Origin: Octopus vulgaris
Lineage: Eukaryota
Length of the DNA: 64,000 bases
Assembly: GCA_951406725.2 (NCBI GenBank)
Contig: OX597823.1
Location: 64,418,001-64,482,000, forward strand
Direction of reading: 5' to 3'
The notes below the pieces were generated by a model. The model was not told where the DNA came from. It made no database searches and saw only the letters and a program-made list of their open reading frames with translations. Made by a program: the position numbers and the translations under genes. Below, in pieces: positions 26,433 to 40,200 of the stretch. How positions within the stretch are numbered: the stretch's first letter is position 1; every line of letters begins with the position of its first letter.

Positions 26433-26608
26433 AAATATTAGGGAATAAATCCAAATTTACAGGGAAAAAATCAGATTTAGGATTAAATCCAATTTTATAG
26501 TAAAATATTATATAATATTAATTCGAGACAAAACCACTATTTTGCAAAACAAACAAGGAAAGACTTAATCAATACATAAAAATTTTTTTAATATAAAGAA
26601 ATAAACCG

Positions 26609-26651
26609 CCACTACAATCGTTTCATGTCTTCAATGACATTCGTCAGGTGG
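26609..26651 (-). ncRNA. Minimal type I hammerhead motif (inverted copy)
   Basis: Exact reverse complement of 26704-26746. Confidence 0.8.
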
Positions 26652-26703
26652 ATTTTCGATCTCCTAATCTGTTTTAATTTAAACAGATTAGGAGATCGAA
26701 AAT

Positions 26704-26746
26704 CCACCTGACGAATGTCATTGAAGACATGAAACGATTGTAGTGG
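26704..26746 (+). ncRNA. Minimal type I hammerhead motif (intact core)
   Basis: CCAC-CTGACGA-ATGTC attgaa GACAT-GAAAC-GATT-GT-A-GTGG: stems I, II and III and the GUA site are all present. Confidence 0.8.
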
Positions 26747-26831
26747 CGGTTTATTTCTTTATATTAAAAATTTTTATGTATTGATTAAGTCTTTCCTTGT
26801 TTGTTTTGCAAAATAGTGGTTTTGTCTCGAA

Positions 26832-26916
<85 letters not shown>

Positions 26917-26999
26917 AATGAGAAATGAAGAAAATGGATAAATTGATGTACAGACGTTATAACTTTACATACATTCAAATTCATGCAGAGAAATTCCTG

Positions 27000-27092
27000 C
27001 CTACAGCTGTTTCCACACCCAATCAATTCAATTACAGAAATAAAATCCAAATTCCCATATTCGAAACCAGTCACTTGGGTATTTCTTCAGGG
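27000..27092 (-). ncRNA. Hammerhead motif with long stem II
   Basis: Minus strand: cc-CTGAAGA-aatacccaa...ttgggtgtg-GAAAC-AGCTGT-A-gg. Stem I is short and the base of stem II is mismatched. Confidence 0.55.
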
Positions 27093-27512
27093 AGAATTTC
27101 TAAAAAGGAAGTTACTTTTCAATGTGTAGGCTAACCTACAACAAACTCAGATGTGTGTGTTTTCTTGAATGGAAGCATTCTTGAGAAAACCGTTGTTACC
27201 AGTTATATACATATATATAAATATATATATATATATATTTACATATTTATATATATCAGTATCAAGTTAGGGGAGTTTAATACCTCTAAGGGATAATTAA
27301 ATTAATTAAATCCAGAGTTGCTCCTAGCTATTAGATGGGTAGGTACAGTCTTTTGAAAGATTACACAGTAGCAAAGGGTTCGGTTGGTAAACCGGAGTTT
27401 AGGTTATATAAGAGAAGAAAATGGATACAATAACAATGGGAAACTCATGGTTTATGCTGGCATGTCTTTAATTAAATAGGTAACAAAGAAGTAAGAAGCA
27501 GAGATGAGGGTG

Positions 27513-27563
27513 GCATTTACCATCGTTTCGGTTTACTGGAGTAAGTAAATCTCTTCAGAATGC
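27513..27563 (-). ncRNA. Minimal type I hammerhead motif (intact core)
   Basis: Minus strand: GCATT-CTGAAGA-GATTTAC ttactcca GTAAACC-GAAAC-GATG-GT-A-AATGC. Confidence 0.78.
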
Positions 27564-28638
27564 GAGTATAGTTAGATGCGTCAGTTAGGATGCGAAAATG
27601 ATTGATACGTATGTGATGGTAATGTAAACAAATTGGTAATTCTCACATTGAAATTTTGTTCTTGCACTGGTAAATTTGCTGGGTAGAGGTTGGCTTGTGG
27701 TAGATTGGTTAGTTTCGTTGGGTAATTAGGGTGGGGTGAGTATTATTTAGGTGCGGGCTACCTCGTTTAATTAAGCACGTTAGAAAAAATGTGCCTGGGC
27801 ATGGCTGTGTGGTTAGGGAGCTTGCTTCCTAGCTACATGTTTCGGGTTCAGTCCCACTGCGTGGCACTTTGGGTAGGTGTCTTCCACTATAGCCTCGAGC
27901 CGACCGGAGCTTTGTGATTGAATTCGGTAGGTGGAAGTTGCTGCCGTGTGTGTATATGTTCGTTTAGCTGCTCAGTGCCTCTCCGAAAGAGAGAGAGGGA
28001 TATATATATATATATATATGTAAAAGAAAAGATACCACACTTGGAAAACAAGTAAGGGTTAGTGACAGGAGGGATATCCAACTGTAATACCTCAAATATA
28101 TATTTGTCTAACCCATGGTCACATGGAATGATAGATATATAATGGTTGAACATGTTTTATAGAGCAAGCAGGAAGAACAGAATCCAATAAATGGATATTT
28201 ATATGGATGTGTATGTACATATTTATGCATATATCTAATATATCTATTTACTTATTCCTCTATGTGCACATGCATATGCATGAGTTCTCCATCATTAGTC
28301 CTTCTCTCTCTTTATCTTTCTCTTTGTCTCTCTCTCTCTCTCTCTCTATTTCTCTCACTCTCTCTCTGTCTCTCTCTCTCTTATCCTCCAGCTCTTCAAT
28401 GTGCCACAGAAATAAGATACTTAAAAAAAAAAACAAACATTCAATATACACCCACCTACACACATATGCACACACATACATAGACATACACACTCACACA
28501 CACACACACACACACATGTATGTATGCATAGGAAGAGGAGATTGGAGGAGAGAAAAAAAGAGAGAGAGAGAGAGAGGGAAAGAGAAAGAGAGCAAGATTG
28601 AGAGATTTAAATATCTTACATCCTTAAATTGAATAGCA

Positions 28639-28676
<38 letters not shown>

Positions 28677-28831
28677 AGCTAAGAGGTAGGAAGTGGAAAA
28701 ATGTCCTCGAGTCTGTAACAGCTCATAAGCTTATCTCAGCATAATGTTCCTGTCGCCACAATGCCTAGGTATATAATCCTGTTCAATAAAAAATTGTAAT
28801 TGCTTTGCACATTACCTTGATCAACCAAAAG

Positions 28832-28892
<61 letters not shown>

Positions 28893-30693
28893 TACATATA
28901 TACATATATATACATATATATATATACACACGAGAACTTTGACAACAAACAAAAACACACTTCTCTAGCTGTCCATCTGACAAAAAAAAATAAATAAATG
29001 AATGTGAAAAGAAAAACTGTCTGTTAAGAACTGAAGATAAGAGAGAAAAGTTTTAATCTCTCACCAAAAACTTTCTCTTACACTTCTCACAATTACTTAG
29101 CTTTCTTACTCACCTGTAAACTCTTATAGAAAGAAAAGCAGAAATCTTATAAAACCTCATACCTCAATAACTAATATGTTTTAACTTCTACCTTATATGT
29201 AACTCAAATGTTTACTCACTCAAGTGAATAATATATATATATATATAGTATGTAATATTATATAATGTATTTAATATAATATAATATAATATGATATAAT
29301 ATGGTATCGTATGATAAGACAGTGAGCTGTCAGAAGTGTTAGAACACTGGGCAAAATGCTTAGTGCTATTTCATTCCTCTTTGTTTTTCATGCTTTTGGG
29401 GTTGATAAAATAAGTACCTGCTGAGCACCAGGGTTGATGAAATCAACTTACCCACCCCTCTGAAACTGATGGCTTTTTGCTAAAATTTGAAACCAATATG
29501 ATATATTGTGATTCGAAGTGTGTAATATGATATATATCCATTTTGGCTGATCTTACCAATTGGTTTCACACAAGTGGTTCAACGGAGTGTTAGGTAACAG
29601 TCTGGTTATGTAACCCTGTGCTCTTCAGAGGCAGCCATTATGGAATGAAATATGGTGGCTGCTCTCTATTGTTGGCAGTGAATAGATACATCAAGTTTGT
29701 GGTTGCTATGAAAAAGATGATGAAATGAATCGCACAGGGGATTAAGTTAAGAGTTATGACCCTTGGTGTCAAAAACATCAACTCTGGGGGTGGTTCTGTT
29801 GCAAGTTGGTGAGACTTTTTAGGAAAAGAGTTTATGGGAAATGTGCGTATCATATAATATATATGTATGTGTGTGTGTGTATCTGTGTGTGTGTGCCTGT
29901 GTGTGTGTGTATGTGTGTGTGTGTGTGTGTGTGCATGTGTCTTTGTCTTTCTGTTTGTCTCATCCACTGATTTTTCTTATGCCCAGTTTTTCTCTCAGTG
30001 CATTTGTACTTGGTGGGAAAGACCTTCATTGTTAGCAGTGGTAGAAGCTTCTTTAACTTTTCATAATGTGTTTTTATACTTGCTACAATATTTTTAGAGT
30101 AGCCACCTCTCCTGTTAATTCCCAGACTCTCTGGTGTCTATTTATCTCCACCTGGACAAAATGTCTGTTCACTACAAGATTACTTATTTTTGCAAAGTGA
30201 ATGGACTAGAGCCATGTGAAATGAAGTGTTTTGCTCAAGAATACAATGCATTCCCCAGTCCAATGAGCCAAAACTTCAAAAGTCATTGTCACCACACTTC
30301 TTGTAAAGGTGGAGGCACATGGCCTAGTGGTTAGAGCAGCAGACTCATGGTCGAGGGATGGTCGGGCGAAGTGTGTGTTTATGAGTGAAACACCTAAGCT
30401 CCACATGGCTCTGGCAGAAGGTAATGGCGAACTTCTGCTAAAACTTTTGTCCCAACTCTCTATCACTCTTTTCTCCTGCACCTTGCAGCTCACCTGAAAT
30501 GGACCAGCGTCCCGTCCAGGTGGGGAATCTATATGCCAAGGAAACCGGGAAATGGGTGCTTATGAGCCAGGCATGGCTCAAGAAGGAACAAACAAACTTG
30601 TAAAAGTATGATGAATGTGCCCTTTAAGAAGAGTATTGGGTAATCCTGTATTTTAATTGTTTCTATTGTAAATCAACATAAAAACAAGCATCA

Positions 30694-30735
<42 letters not shown>

Positions 30736-32175
30736 ACACACAAACACACAAACACGTGCACACACACACACATGTATATCATCCTCATTTAATGTCCGTT
30801 CTCCATGCAGTCATAGATTGGACAGTTTGACAAGAGCTAGTAGTGGCACAAGCAGTCAGCACCGTATTGGATGAGATCTCCCATTGCCATCTCCGAAACT
30901 TGAGCGAGACCTCACCTGTATCCATTTACCATGCACGAGATCACAATGGGGCTCACGATGGCAAACTGAATATAAGGGCCCAACAAAAACAGCTGACAAG
31001 CAAGAGGACTGTGCCAAGCTTTACATTTTGCTCTGGCATGGTTTCTATGGCTTGATGCCCTTCCTAACACCAACCACTTTACAGAGTGTACTGGATGCTT
31101 TTTACATGGCACTAGCCACTGTTTTTCTATATCAGTGGAGATGGAACTTGTCTAGGCATGCGGTGATAGTGGATAATTTCTACTTATGATATGTAGATAC
31201 TTAGAAATTCCAGATCTAGCAATTCCACTGTTGCTGCTGGATACTTTCTACTACTGATGCTTCTGTGGTTTTTAGCCCCTCATGTCTATACAAGATGCTT
31301 TCACCAGAGAAAAACTACAGTATTGTGACTTTTTTACAGTATATCCACATTAAGTAAGATATGCGGTTTGTGATTCTAAACTAATACTGCTTCTGTTGCT
31401 TATGTCTAATATATGTGTTGTGCGTATGTATATATTTGTTTGTCAGGATCTGAGTTCTTATTGGGAATTATTGCACTCTTATGTTTGTGTGTGATGCACG
31501 TGTGTGTGTGTGAGTGTGTATGTGTGTGGGGGGAATGGAGGGGGTGTCCAATCACCTGAATAAGTGTGAGAAAAGCCAAGCATGAGAAGTGGGGAGAGAC
31601 TAAATGCTCCGAACACCAAATTTCCAAATGTTTTTTAAGGAAAAAATAAATTGATAATGGGTCTTAAAAGACACATATTTATGGGTTTTTAAGAAGAAAT
31701 ATATTATAACATATTTATATTCAATATGCCACAGTAGAATGAATAAGGCAAGCAAGATGTGTTGTGCATATTTACTTACAAAGTAAAACAAATTAATGCA
31801 TGTTGCAGGGATACAATATGAAAGATATGTGAAAACTGAAACAGATTATTTACATTGTTTAAGTTGTTTTATTCTTGAATAATTTGTTTTCTTTTTCTTT
31901 CGAAACAAATACAAACAAATCAATCAAATGAAAGGCTGAACATTATTTGTCAATAATATTAAGCAAAAGATTGAAAGTGAAGGGAGATAAGTGCATGAGT
32001 CTATCAAAATCATTTAATTGGCTGACATGTTTATGATACTGTTAAGAGAAAAGAAAAAAAACGTTCTGTTATGAGAGACTTTAAAGAATGAAGCATTTGA
32101 TAAATAGACTATTTAAGTTAGTGTTTGTCTTTAAAATCACTCCCTATAATACACATTATTATTATTATTATTATT

Positions 32176-32219
<44 letters not shown>

Positions 32220-32890
32220 TATTATTATTATTATTATGTCATTGTTGCTGGTGGTGGTGTCATTGTTAGTAATGTGCTCACCAGATATTGCTGGCCTTCA
32301 TTATGCTGACATTGCATAATAAAAATATTCTTCCTAAATAAACTCCATTTTAAGACCATTAACTTCCTACATTTTCTCTAAGATAGTTATTTTGACATAG
32401 CATAGCATTATGCCTGTTATGTCTTTCAATAAACCCTACTCTAAAACCCATACTTTTCTTCTAAATTATTCATACAAACACTGTTGTTTGCCTGTAGTTC
32501 TTTTACACAAGCAGAACTGGATTGTTTTATGGGTGAAAAAATATGAGGTAAAAATATAGCCTTGCTTGGAAACAGATGCAGATTGATGAAGGGAAGAGTA
32601 TTCAGCTATAAAGAATCTGTCCGAATAAAGTCTTATCTGACATATGCAAATTTGAAAAAGTAGATGTTAAAATAATAAAGATGATGTTATCATGCATATA
32701 TCAGTGGCCTTTGATATTTATTACAGATAGTTCAAGCAGCAACATCACAACTTCAACAATTACACACAAGGTCGATCCCTTTAAAAGCCCTCTCACTGAA
32801 AGCACAAAACTGTGAGGAGTTGCCTCTTTGTATTGTTCGTTGCACCATCTTTGCTGCTCATTTGTTTCCAGTTCCATAACAATGAAACAG

Positions 32891-33050
32891 TTCTAAACAG
32901 CAGGGTTCACCATCACCCCCTGCCGGAGCCTCGTGGCGCTTTGGGTGTTTTTGCTCAATAAACACTCACAATGACTGGTCTGAGAATCGAAACTGCAATC
33001 CTACGACCACAAGTCCGCTGCCCTAATGACTGGGCCATTGCACCTCCTTG
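32891..33050 (-). mobile_element. tRNA-derived SINE with 15-bp TSD (related copies 30311-30597+, 40567-40830+)
   Basis: TSD ataacaatgaaacag at 32876-32890 and 33051-33065. tRNA-like head on the minus strand. Confidence 0.7.
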
Positions 33051-33606
33051 ATAACAATGAAACAGCTGTTGAGTTTTCTTCTACAGGCTGGTCTATCATT
33101 ATCCTTACTTTCCCATTTATTGCTATGAATATGGCAACTGACCAGGCAAAGGATCTTCCATATGAGTTTGATATGCAGTGTGGGTCTTAAGTTTTTGCTT
33201 CTTGAGAAAACTCACCGAAGAACAGGTTACTGGAATCCTGCTGTCTTTTATATGTTTAATTTGGCTTCATAATCATAAATATCACTAACATATTAAGGCA
33301 TTACTGGTATCTACTATATTTGATGAAATGGAGGAAACTTAATTCAAACTTTATATGAAATGCTAATAACTACCTTGCATGAAACTAAAGCAGTACATTT
33401 GTATAATTTAAGTACTCTACAAACATTATAGCTAACTCTGCTTGAGGTGTCAAGTGCATATTACATGCTGAATGTTCCCTGAATGATAGGTGTTGATTCA
33501 TATCATGTGTTTGAAAAGTTCATGACAGATAAAAGTGTTTATACACAAAATCCTCTTTTTATTTTCTATTGCTTTGTCTTTATCTATATACATGTGTATA
33601 TATCGT

Positions 33607-34474
33607 CAAGGTGCGATGGGTAAATTGTCACCATTTTATATTTTTAATTTCACGCATGTGCATTGTTTATTTTTGATTTTGTCAATTACACTGCATAGTA
33701 GGGTCAGTTGGGAACTGTCTGTGAGAGAAACAACATCCTGACGCAATTCGCTCTGCCAAAAATTTGGAAATGACATGCTGTACTGCTTGGCATTCATGCT
33801 GGAAGTTCCAATACAAACATTTTAGAGTGTCTGGATATCAATCTGAGGACATATACCGAGAGTGATAAAAATCAAACATCCAGTCAACATCTTGGTGTTT
33901 AGAGATATCCCTAGTGATGGCGACATTATGCCTCCATTCATCTTCCCACACAGCCTCAGAGTCAACACAGAAGCCTACTTCAAGTGCCTGGAGGAGGTAG
34001 TGCTACCCTGGGTCAAGAGGATGGCTGCTGGAAGACCCTATGTCTGGCAACAGGACTCTGCACCATGCCACACAAGCAGAAGAACCCAGTCATGGCTGTC
34101 GGACAATTTCTGTGACCACATCACACCTAACACCTGGCTGCCTAACTCCCCAGACTGCAATCTCCTTAATTATTATGTGTGGAACACAGTTGAGTGAGAG
34201 ACCAACAAAATTCTTTGTGGCACCAAAGATGAACTGAAGGCAAGGATTATAGCACCATTCACCAACTCAAACAAGGAGACTGTCCAGCAGAGTTGCAGGA
34301 GATTCCAAAGTTGTCTGGATGCTGTGGTTGAAGCCAATGGCGATTTTATTGAATGAATTTACTCTTTAGTATTTCAAGATTTTTGATGTAATTTTGGTAA
34401 ATATATCTGTTAAAATGAGATGTCAGTGTTATTTTCATTTTTGTGTAAGACGACAGTTTATTCACCACACCCTG
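33607..34474 (+). mobile_element. Internally deleted maT/DD37D Tc1-mariner transposon
   Basis: VWQQDSAPCH...WLPNSPDCNLLNYYVW, with 37 residues between the second Asp and the third catalytic position (Asn here). Imperfect TIRs caaggtgcgatgggtaaattgtc / gacagtttattcaccacaccctg. Confidence 0.8.
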
Positions 34475-34880
34475 AATAAACACACACACACATATGTGTG
34501 TGTGTGTGTGTATAAAGCATATTTCTCTGCCATACATACAAAACATTTCTCATTACCACCAACTTTTTTGTACTTTTAATGATGAGAGCTATAGATAGTT
34601 GAATTGTACAATACTGGATAGCCACAAAGACACATTAGTTATTGTAGTCAAAGACATGTTATATCTAAAAGAAGATGAGGTGGAAGGGTGTGATCAGAGG
34701 TCCGCCAAATTATGGCTGACCTGAAACTCAACAACATCATCATTATTATCATTGTAATCTTTATCATTTATGTCGTTTGTTTTTCCTCATCATAAATCCA
34801 TTATGTACAGCAGCTAGCAATACCTCCTGACGTTGGAATATACGTAAACTTATTGTTTTCTCTTTATTTTTATATTCCAG

Positions 34881-34949
34881 CAACTAAATGAACTGGTTGA
34901 AAGACATGTCACAGATATTGATGCTTCCGGAAAAATCACTGCACCACAG
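34881..34949 (+). CDS. CFAP65: CFAP65-like coding exon (23 codons, phase 0-0)
   Basis: Acceptor tttatattccAG, donor GTttaa. QLNELVERHVTDIDASGKITAPQ continues the frame after YPPD and parallels the recalled CFAP65 segment ILDAMLKEKKLAQDQNGALMIP. Confidence 0.8.
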
Positions 34950-36771
34950 GTTTAAATATTTATGGAATTTTTGACATTGACATGGTTTTTAGTTTTTCTT
35001 TCTAAGTTTTGCAACTCCACATCTGATTTACATGTATTTACATAAGTTTTGAATCTTTTTCATTCATCACCAGCATTACATGTAGGTTAGGCTAAGGTTG
35101 CAGATAGCTGTCAAAACGATAGAAGCAACAGCACAAATACAAACAGAATGTGGTTGAGAAAATTAAGTAAAACAAATAGTTAACAAAAATAAAACAAAAT
35201 ATAAATGCAGCAAAAAAAAATGAAGCTCTAAGATAATAAATATAATAAAATAATTGTAAAATGTGGGGGGAAAAAAAAAAGCAAAAGGAGAAAAGCTGGA
35301 GGACACGGGAACTTTACTTTATTAATGTTGCTTATAGCTACACTGATAAGTGGGGATTATATAAGTAGCTAAGAACGTTGGTAAACAAAACTACATTGTG
35401 TGGACTTGGAGTCAATAAGTGGTGCCCTCTACATGGTCGTTTGCCCCACTAGAAATAACACTCGTATGTCATGCAAATTATATGCCATCATTTTAAAGGA
35501 GATATGACAAGCTACGTGGACCTTCTAGTGGTGTCTTACTAAGCTAGAAATAGCAGTGAAATATCCATCAAGCTGTATACTATAATCTTAAAGAAGGTTG
35601 CTGGCAAGCCATGTGAGGGTTTGTATCTGGTGGCGCCTTGCTTTGCTTGAAATAACAGCCAGATGTTCTTTAAATCATATATTACTATATTAAAGGTGGT
35701 TACATAGCAAGCCACTATGAATATATGGAAAGAGCAACCAAATCTCATCAAATCTCACACTACTGTTTCACAAAGGAAGGCCATTTGGATAATGTTGCCC
35801 CCCCCCCCCGGACACACTGTTTGCAAAAAGCATGGTAGTCATACCTGTTTTATGCTCAAACCAACCAGATCCAGCCTCTCACACCTACTCTACAATGTCA
35901 TTCTAGGTAAGACAAAATGCAGTTACATCATCAAAATCTCAAAAATACAAGATAATGCCTGATAAATTCAAAACACTATACTCTCTTTACTCTTTTACTT
36001 GTTTCAGTCATTTGACTGCGGCCATGCTGGAGCACTGCTTTTAGTCGAGCAAATCAACCCCAGGACTTATTCTTTGTAAGCCTAGCACTTACTCTATCAG
36101 TCTCTTTTGCCAAACTGCTAAGTGACTGGGACATAAACACACCAGCATCGGTTGTCACGTGATGCTAGGTGGACAAAAAGACATGCAAATATACACACAC
36201 ATATATATATATATATATATACATATATATGACGGGCTTCTTTCAGTTTCTGTCTACTAAATTCACTCACAAGGCTTTGGTTAGCCCAAGATGCCATGCA
36301 GTGGGACTGAACCCGGAACCATGTGGTTGGCAAGCAAGCTACTTACCACACAGCCACTCATGTGCCTATCAGTTACTGACTTTTTGCTTTTGTTGTTCCT
36401 GTTATTTAACTCCAGATCAATTTCAGTCGAGGGTACCTATCTATGATCAAAAATGAATTCCAGCCATCACCATTCTGTCTTTCTCTGTGTGCTAAGATCA
36501 CATGGCAGCATTCTTCAAAGCATCTTTTTTTCTAAGCTAGAAGCATGGTATCTGAGATAATTTGGTTGCTATTTCTTGCAGTACAAATAACCACTTAGTG
36601 GCTCCTTCGTTTGGCTTGTTCATTTATTGAATTTTGTATGTTATAGATGTATATATGTATATACAAATACGTGTGTGTCTGTGCATGTGCATATGTGTGT
36701 GTATATATGAATTTGCATCTGTCATGTGATAAGCTAATAGTTTCTAATATTTTCATCTTTCCATATTTCAG

Positions 36772-36849
36772 TATCCGATGGCAGAAACCAAAGATCCAAT
36801 GGAAATGTTCTTCAACAGTAATCCTAAAACTGAAGAGTATACAGCCAAG
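36772..36849 (+). CDS. CFAP65: CFAP65-like coding exon (26 codons, phase 0-0)
   Basis: Strong acceptor ttttcatctttccatatttcAG, donor AAG/GTttgt. YPMAETKDPMEMFFNSNPKTEEYTAK contains PM-x-x-FF like the recalled PPMTEFFF. The donor choice is less certain. Confidence 0.75.
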
Positions 36850-37099
36850 GTTTGTAACAGGATTTCCCAAGATATTCTATGATAATCCTGTTCATGCAGA
36901 AATCCAATACAAACATAGTAACACTGTAAAATCTCAGTTTGTGTGTATGTGTGGTGCATGTTGTCTATGTATGTGTATCTATGTGCATGTGTATGTGTAT
37001 GTGTGTGTGTGCATGTGTATCTGTGTGTATGTGTCTATGTGTATCTATGTGTGCGTTTTTGTATGTGTGTATGTTTGTGTCTGTATGTATGTATGTATA

Positions 37100-37145
<46 letters not shown>

Positions 37146-37232
37146 GTGTGTGTGTGTATTTTACAGTGATGAGGTTTTTATTCAGGTTGTGCTGTACAAA
37201 AGCTGCTACATCCTTGTCAGAACGGTAGCCAG

Positions 37233-37263
<31 letters not shown>

Positions 37264-40200
37264 CTATAGCCATTGCTGTCATCGTCATCATTGTTGCTGT
37301 TGCTGTCACTAATGGTAGAAACAGCAGCAGCAATGACAATAATAATGATGATAGTGGTGGTGGTGGTGGTGGTGGTGGCAGTGGTGATACTGGAGGTGGT
37401 CTTGGTAGTAGTGGTACTATGATGACTTTGATAATGGTGATGGTTGTGGTGGTGGTGGTGGTGATTATGATGATGATGAGGAGGAGCAGGAGCAGGAAGA
37501 GCAGCAGGAAGAGCAGCAGGAGGAGAAAGAGGAAGAGGAGAAGGGCAGAGAAGAGTGGGAGGATAGTGTTGGTGGTGGTGATGTGTCTTAATCTGAAAGA
37601 GCCTCATAGGCCACATTCTTTCTCTTATGATCAAGAAGAAACGGTTGTCTTGGAGGAAGCAGATTCTGTGAGTGATTCTCTCTATTGTTCTCATAGTGCA
37701 GCTAATCCTAAGAGGTGGGTGGGCAGGGAAGAAGGGCACTAATTTCATTACTTGATCTGTGCTTTGTTTTATCAGCCCTGAAAGGATGAAAATTAAAGCT
37801 AATTTTAATGAACGATAATTGTTTTTAATTTAGTGAAAGTCCTTAAAGTGGCAAGCTGCAGAATTCTTAGCCCACAGGGCAAAATGCTAAGTGGCATTTC
37901 ATTTGTCTTTACATTCTGAGTTCAAATTCCATTATGGTTAACTTTGTCTTTCATCCTTTCAGGGACATAAAATAAAGCGTTTGTTGGGGGTCGATGTAAT
38001 CAACTTAAAACCCCCAAAATTTGGAATCATTTTAGGGAAAGGCAAGAAAATTTGATTGGTGATGAGGTTAGGTGTTTAAATCAACTGGTACTTTATTTTA
38101 TCAACCCTGAAAGGAATAAAAGGCTAAGTTGATCTAGGTGGGATTTGAACTCAGAATCTAAAAACCTGATGAAATTTCAGAAGGCACTTTTCCAGATATC
38201 CTAACACTTCTACCAAACTCTAACGACAGTATTTCACATGCCAGAAGTATTTTTATTTTTTTGCCATTTTAGTAGATGAAAAAGTTAGTATCCATTAGCT
38301 TTCTGGAGCGGCTCTGAAATGGAACTCCTTAATAATGAAGGCTTGGTCTGAATATTTACTGCAGAATTCAGTGAATTGGCAAGGTTGTTGTCAGTGCCAC
38401 TGGACTGGCTCCTGTGCAGGTGGCACATAAAAAACACCATTTGTGCGTGGCCATCGCCAGTACTGCCTGACTGGCCCTCTTGCCAGTGGCTCATAAAAGC
38501 ACCCACTACACTCTCGGAGTGGTTGGCATTAGGAAGGGCATCCAGCTGTAGAAACTCTGCCAGATCAGATTTGAGCCTGGTGCAGCCATCTGACTCATCA
38601 GTCCTCGGTCCAACCCATGCCAGCATGGAGAGCAGACATTAAACAATGATGATGATATGATAAATTGCCTTGTGATATTTGTTCTGGCCCATCACATTCT
38701 TACTGTATTTTCTGGTATACAAGTATATGTAGTATCTAGTGTAAACATGTAGTGTAATCATGTAGTGTAAACATTCAAGCATTGTCGTTGTCATCATCAT
38801 CATCATTTAACGTCCACCATGCTGGCATGGCTTGGATGGTTTGACATGGAGCTGGCTAGCAGAGAGCAGTCCAGAAACTAGCTGTCTGTTGAGGCATGGT
38901 TTCTATGGCTGGATGCCCTTCCGAGTGCCAACTACTTAACAGAGTGTACTGGGTACTTTTTATGTGCCACAGGCATGGGTGCAATTATGCAGCGCAGGCA
39001 CTGGTGCTTTTTAAATGGCTCCGGCATCTGAAAGGACAAGCCTGTATGTGTGGAAGACAGCGATTTTACTTAGTTTGATATGTCTTATCATCATGATATT
39101 TCCTAATTGTTGTGTGGAAGTAGAACACCCCTATTTGGTTGGCTCCTAATGGACTGTGCCACAATATAAATGGACGTGCGCAGAGAGTGTGAAGAGAGTT
39201 GGTGAGCTGTGTAAGCTGAGAGTTGTGTATTGTCGAGTGTAATTACAAGTATTGTGTATCTTGAGTAGAACAATTGTGAGGACGTTATTTATTATCCCAT
39301 TTTATCATACATCGAACGTGCAATACTACACAAATCCTGTTGTATCTCACATGGAACTTTTGGTGCTCCTTGACAGTGACTTCAAAGTTTCAGCCTGCTT
39401 AACTTTCATTGATAAAGTCTGATGAAAGCTAAGTAGGCCCAAACTTTGAAACCACTGCCAACATTATTCTTGTTAAAGAATAATAGATATGTATTCTACA
39501 AAAAGTATTGAGTAATCCTTCTGCTATAATGGAAAACTCTTGCCAAGGTACTGCACAGTGGGACTGAACCTAAAACCTTGTGGTTGTAAAGTGAGAAATC
39601 TTGACCACACCATCATGCCTAAAACACTCTTTAAAACACATTGTATAAAAATCAAGTATGCGTAATATATATTTCTTTACTGCCCACAAGGGGCTAAACA
39701 TAGAGGGGACAAACAAGGACAGACAAAGGGATTAAGTTGATTACATCGACCCCAGAGCAAAACTGGTGCTTTATTTATCGACCCCGAAAGGATGACAGGC
39801 AAAATCGACCTTGGCGGAATTTGAAGTCAGAACGTAACGACAGACGAAATACTGCTAAGCATTTCGCCTGGCGCGCTAACGTTTCTGCCAGCTTGCCACC
39901 TTAAAAATCAAGTATGTGTAATATATGTAAAAAGCATCCTGTCTACACTGTAAAGTGGTTGGCATTAGGAAGGGCATCCAGCTGTAAACACCATGCCAAC
40001 ACAACCAGTGGAGCTTGGTGCAATCCTCTGACTTGCCAGTTCCTGTCTAACTGTCCAGCCCATACCAGCATTGGAAGACAGATGTTAAAGGACGATGATG
40101 ACGATGACAATGATGATGATGACAATGTCAGTGGCAGCACTGGTGATGGTAACGATGATGATGGCAATGATACAGTAGTTGTGTGTAGAGAAGAAATTGT

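Larger units (their letters stand above)
26509..26844. repeat. Near-perfect inverted repeat, ~165-bp arms with a 6-nt loop
   Basis: The arms match except for a T7/A5 run length difference. Loop taattt at 26675-26680. Confidence 0.95.

Noticed and set aside
39108-39332. Possible solo LTR (TG...CA)
   Set aside because: No clean target-site duplication and no match to the 42248-42476 LTR.
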